64,000 nucleotides of DNA from Phoronis australis (Eukaryota; Animalia; Phoronida), in NCBI GenBank assembly GCA_002633005.1, contig NMRA01000244.1, positions 41,866 through 105,865 of the forward strand, in the 5' to 3' direction. The notes beneath the pieces were generated by a model. The model was not told the origin of the DNA, searched no databases, and saw only the letters and a list, made by a program, of their open reading frames with translations. Positions 63,936-64,000 of this stretch are shown here, one piece after another. Each line of letters begins with the position of its first letter. Position 1 is the first letter of the stretch. The position numbers and the translations under genes are program-made.

Positions 63936-64000
63936 AGTGGTGGATTTAGAGGCTGCCAAGGGGCCATGCCCCCCCCTCCTCTCTCTCTCTCTCTCTCTCT
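63936..64000 (+). repeat. Start of a CAGTGG-type MITE-like element followed by (CT)n, truncated by the window edge
   Basis: cagtggtggatttaga...gggccatgccccccc then (ct)n. Confidence 0.45.

Overview
Eukaryotic (animal, probably marine invertebrate; taxon not determinable here) genomic DNA, AT-rich, intron- and repeat-dense. I reconstructed three multi-exon genes by hand, with GT-AG junctions and consistent phases. (1) The 5' part of SPG11/spatacsin on the minus strand: 9 exons, 9209 to 929, continuing past the window start, with a U12-type minor intron. (2) A complete SRPK (SR protein kinase) on the plus strand: 14 coding exons, 12144-37782, about 665 aa, divergent from SPG11. (3) A complete C45-family Ntn cysteine hydrolase (tan/IAT-like) on the minus strand: 10 exons, 48213 to 38819, about 393 aa. 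There is also a PAN/apple-domain exon (57907-58181, minus strand), a 3.2 kb Academ-like DNA transposon, several MITEs and foldback elements, decayed CR1/L2-type LINEs, a HIRAN-like pseudo-ORF and minisatellites. No prokaryotic-type system (CRISPR etc.) is present. The most unusual signals are in SRPK splicing: a 3' splice site tandemly repeated five times where only the last copy is productive, a duplicated 5' splice site, and several phase-compatible candidate alternative first exons (some Cys-rich) in the 10.5 kb intron 2. All family assignments come from motif recognition and recalled homologue sequences, not from database searches.
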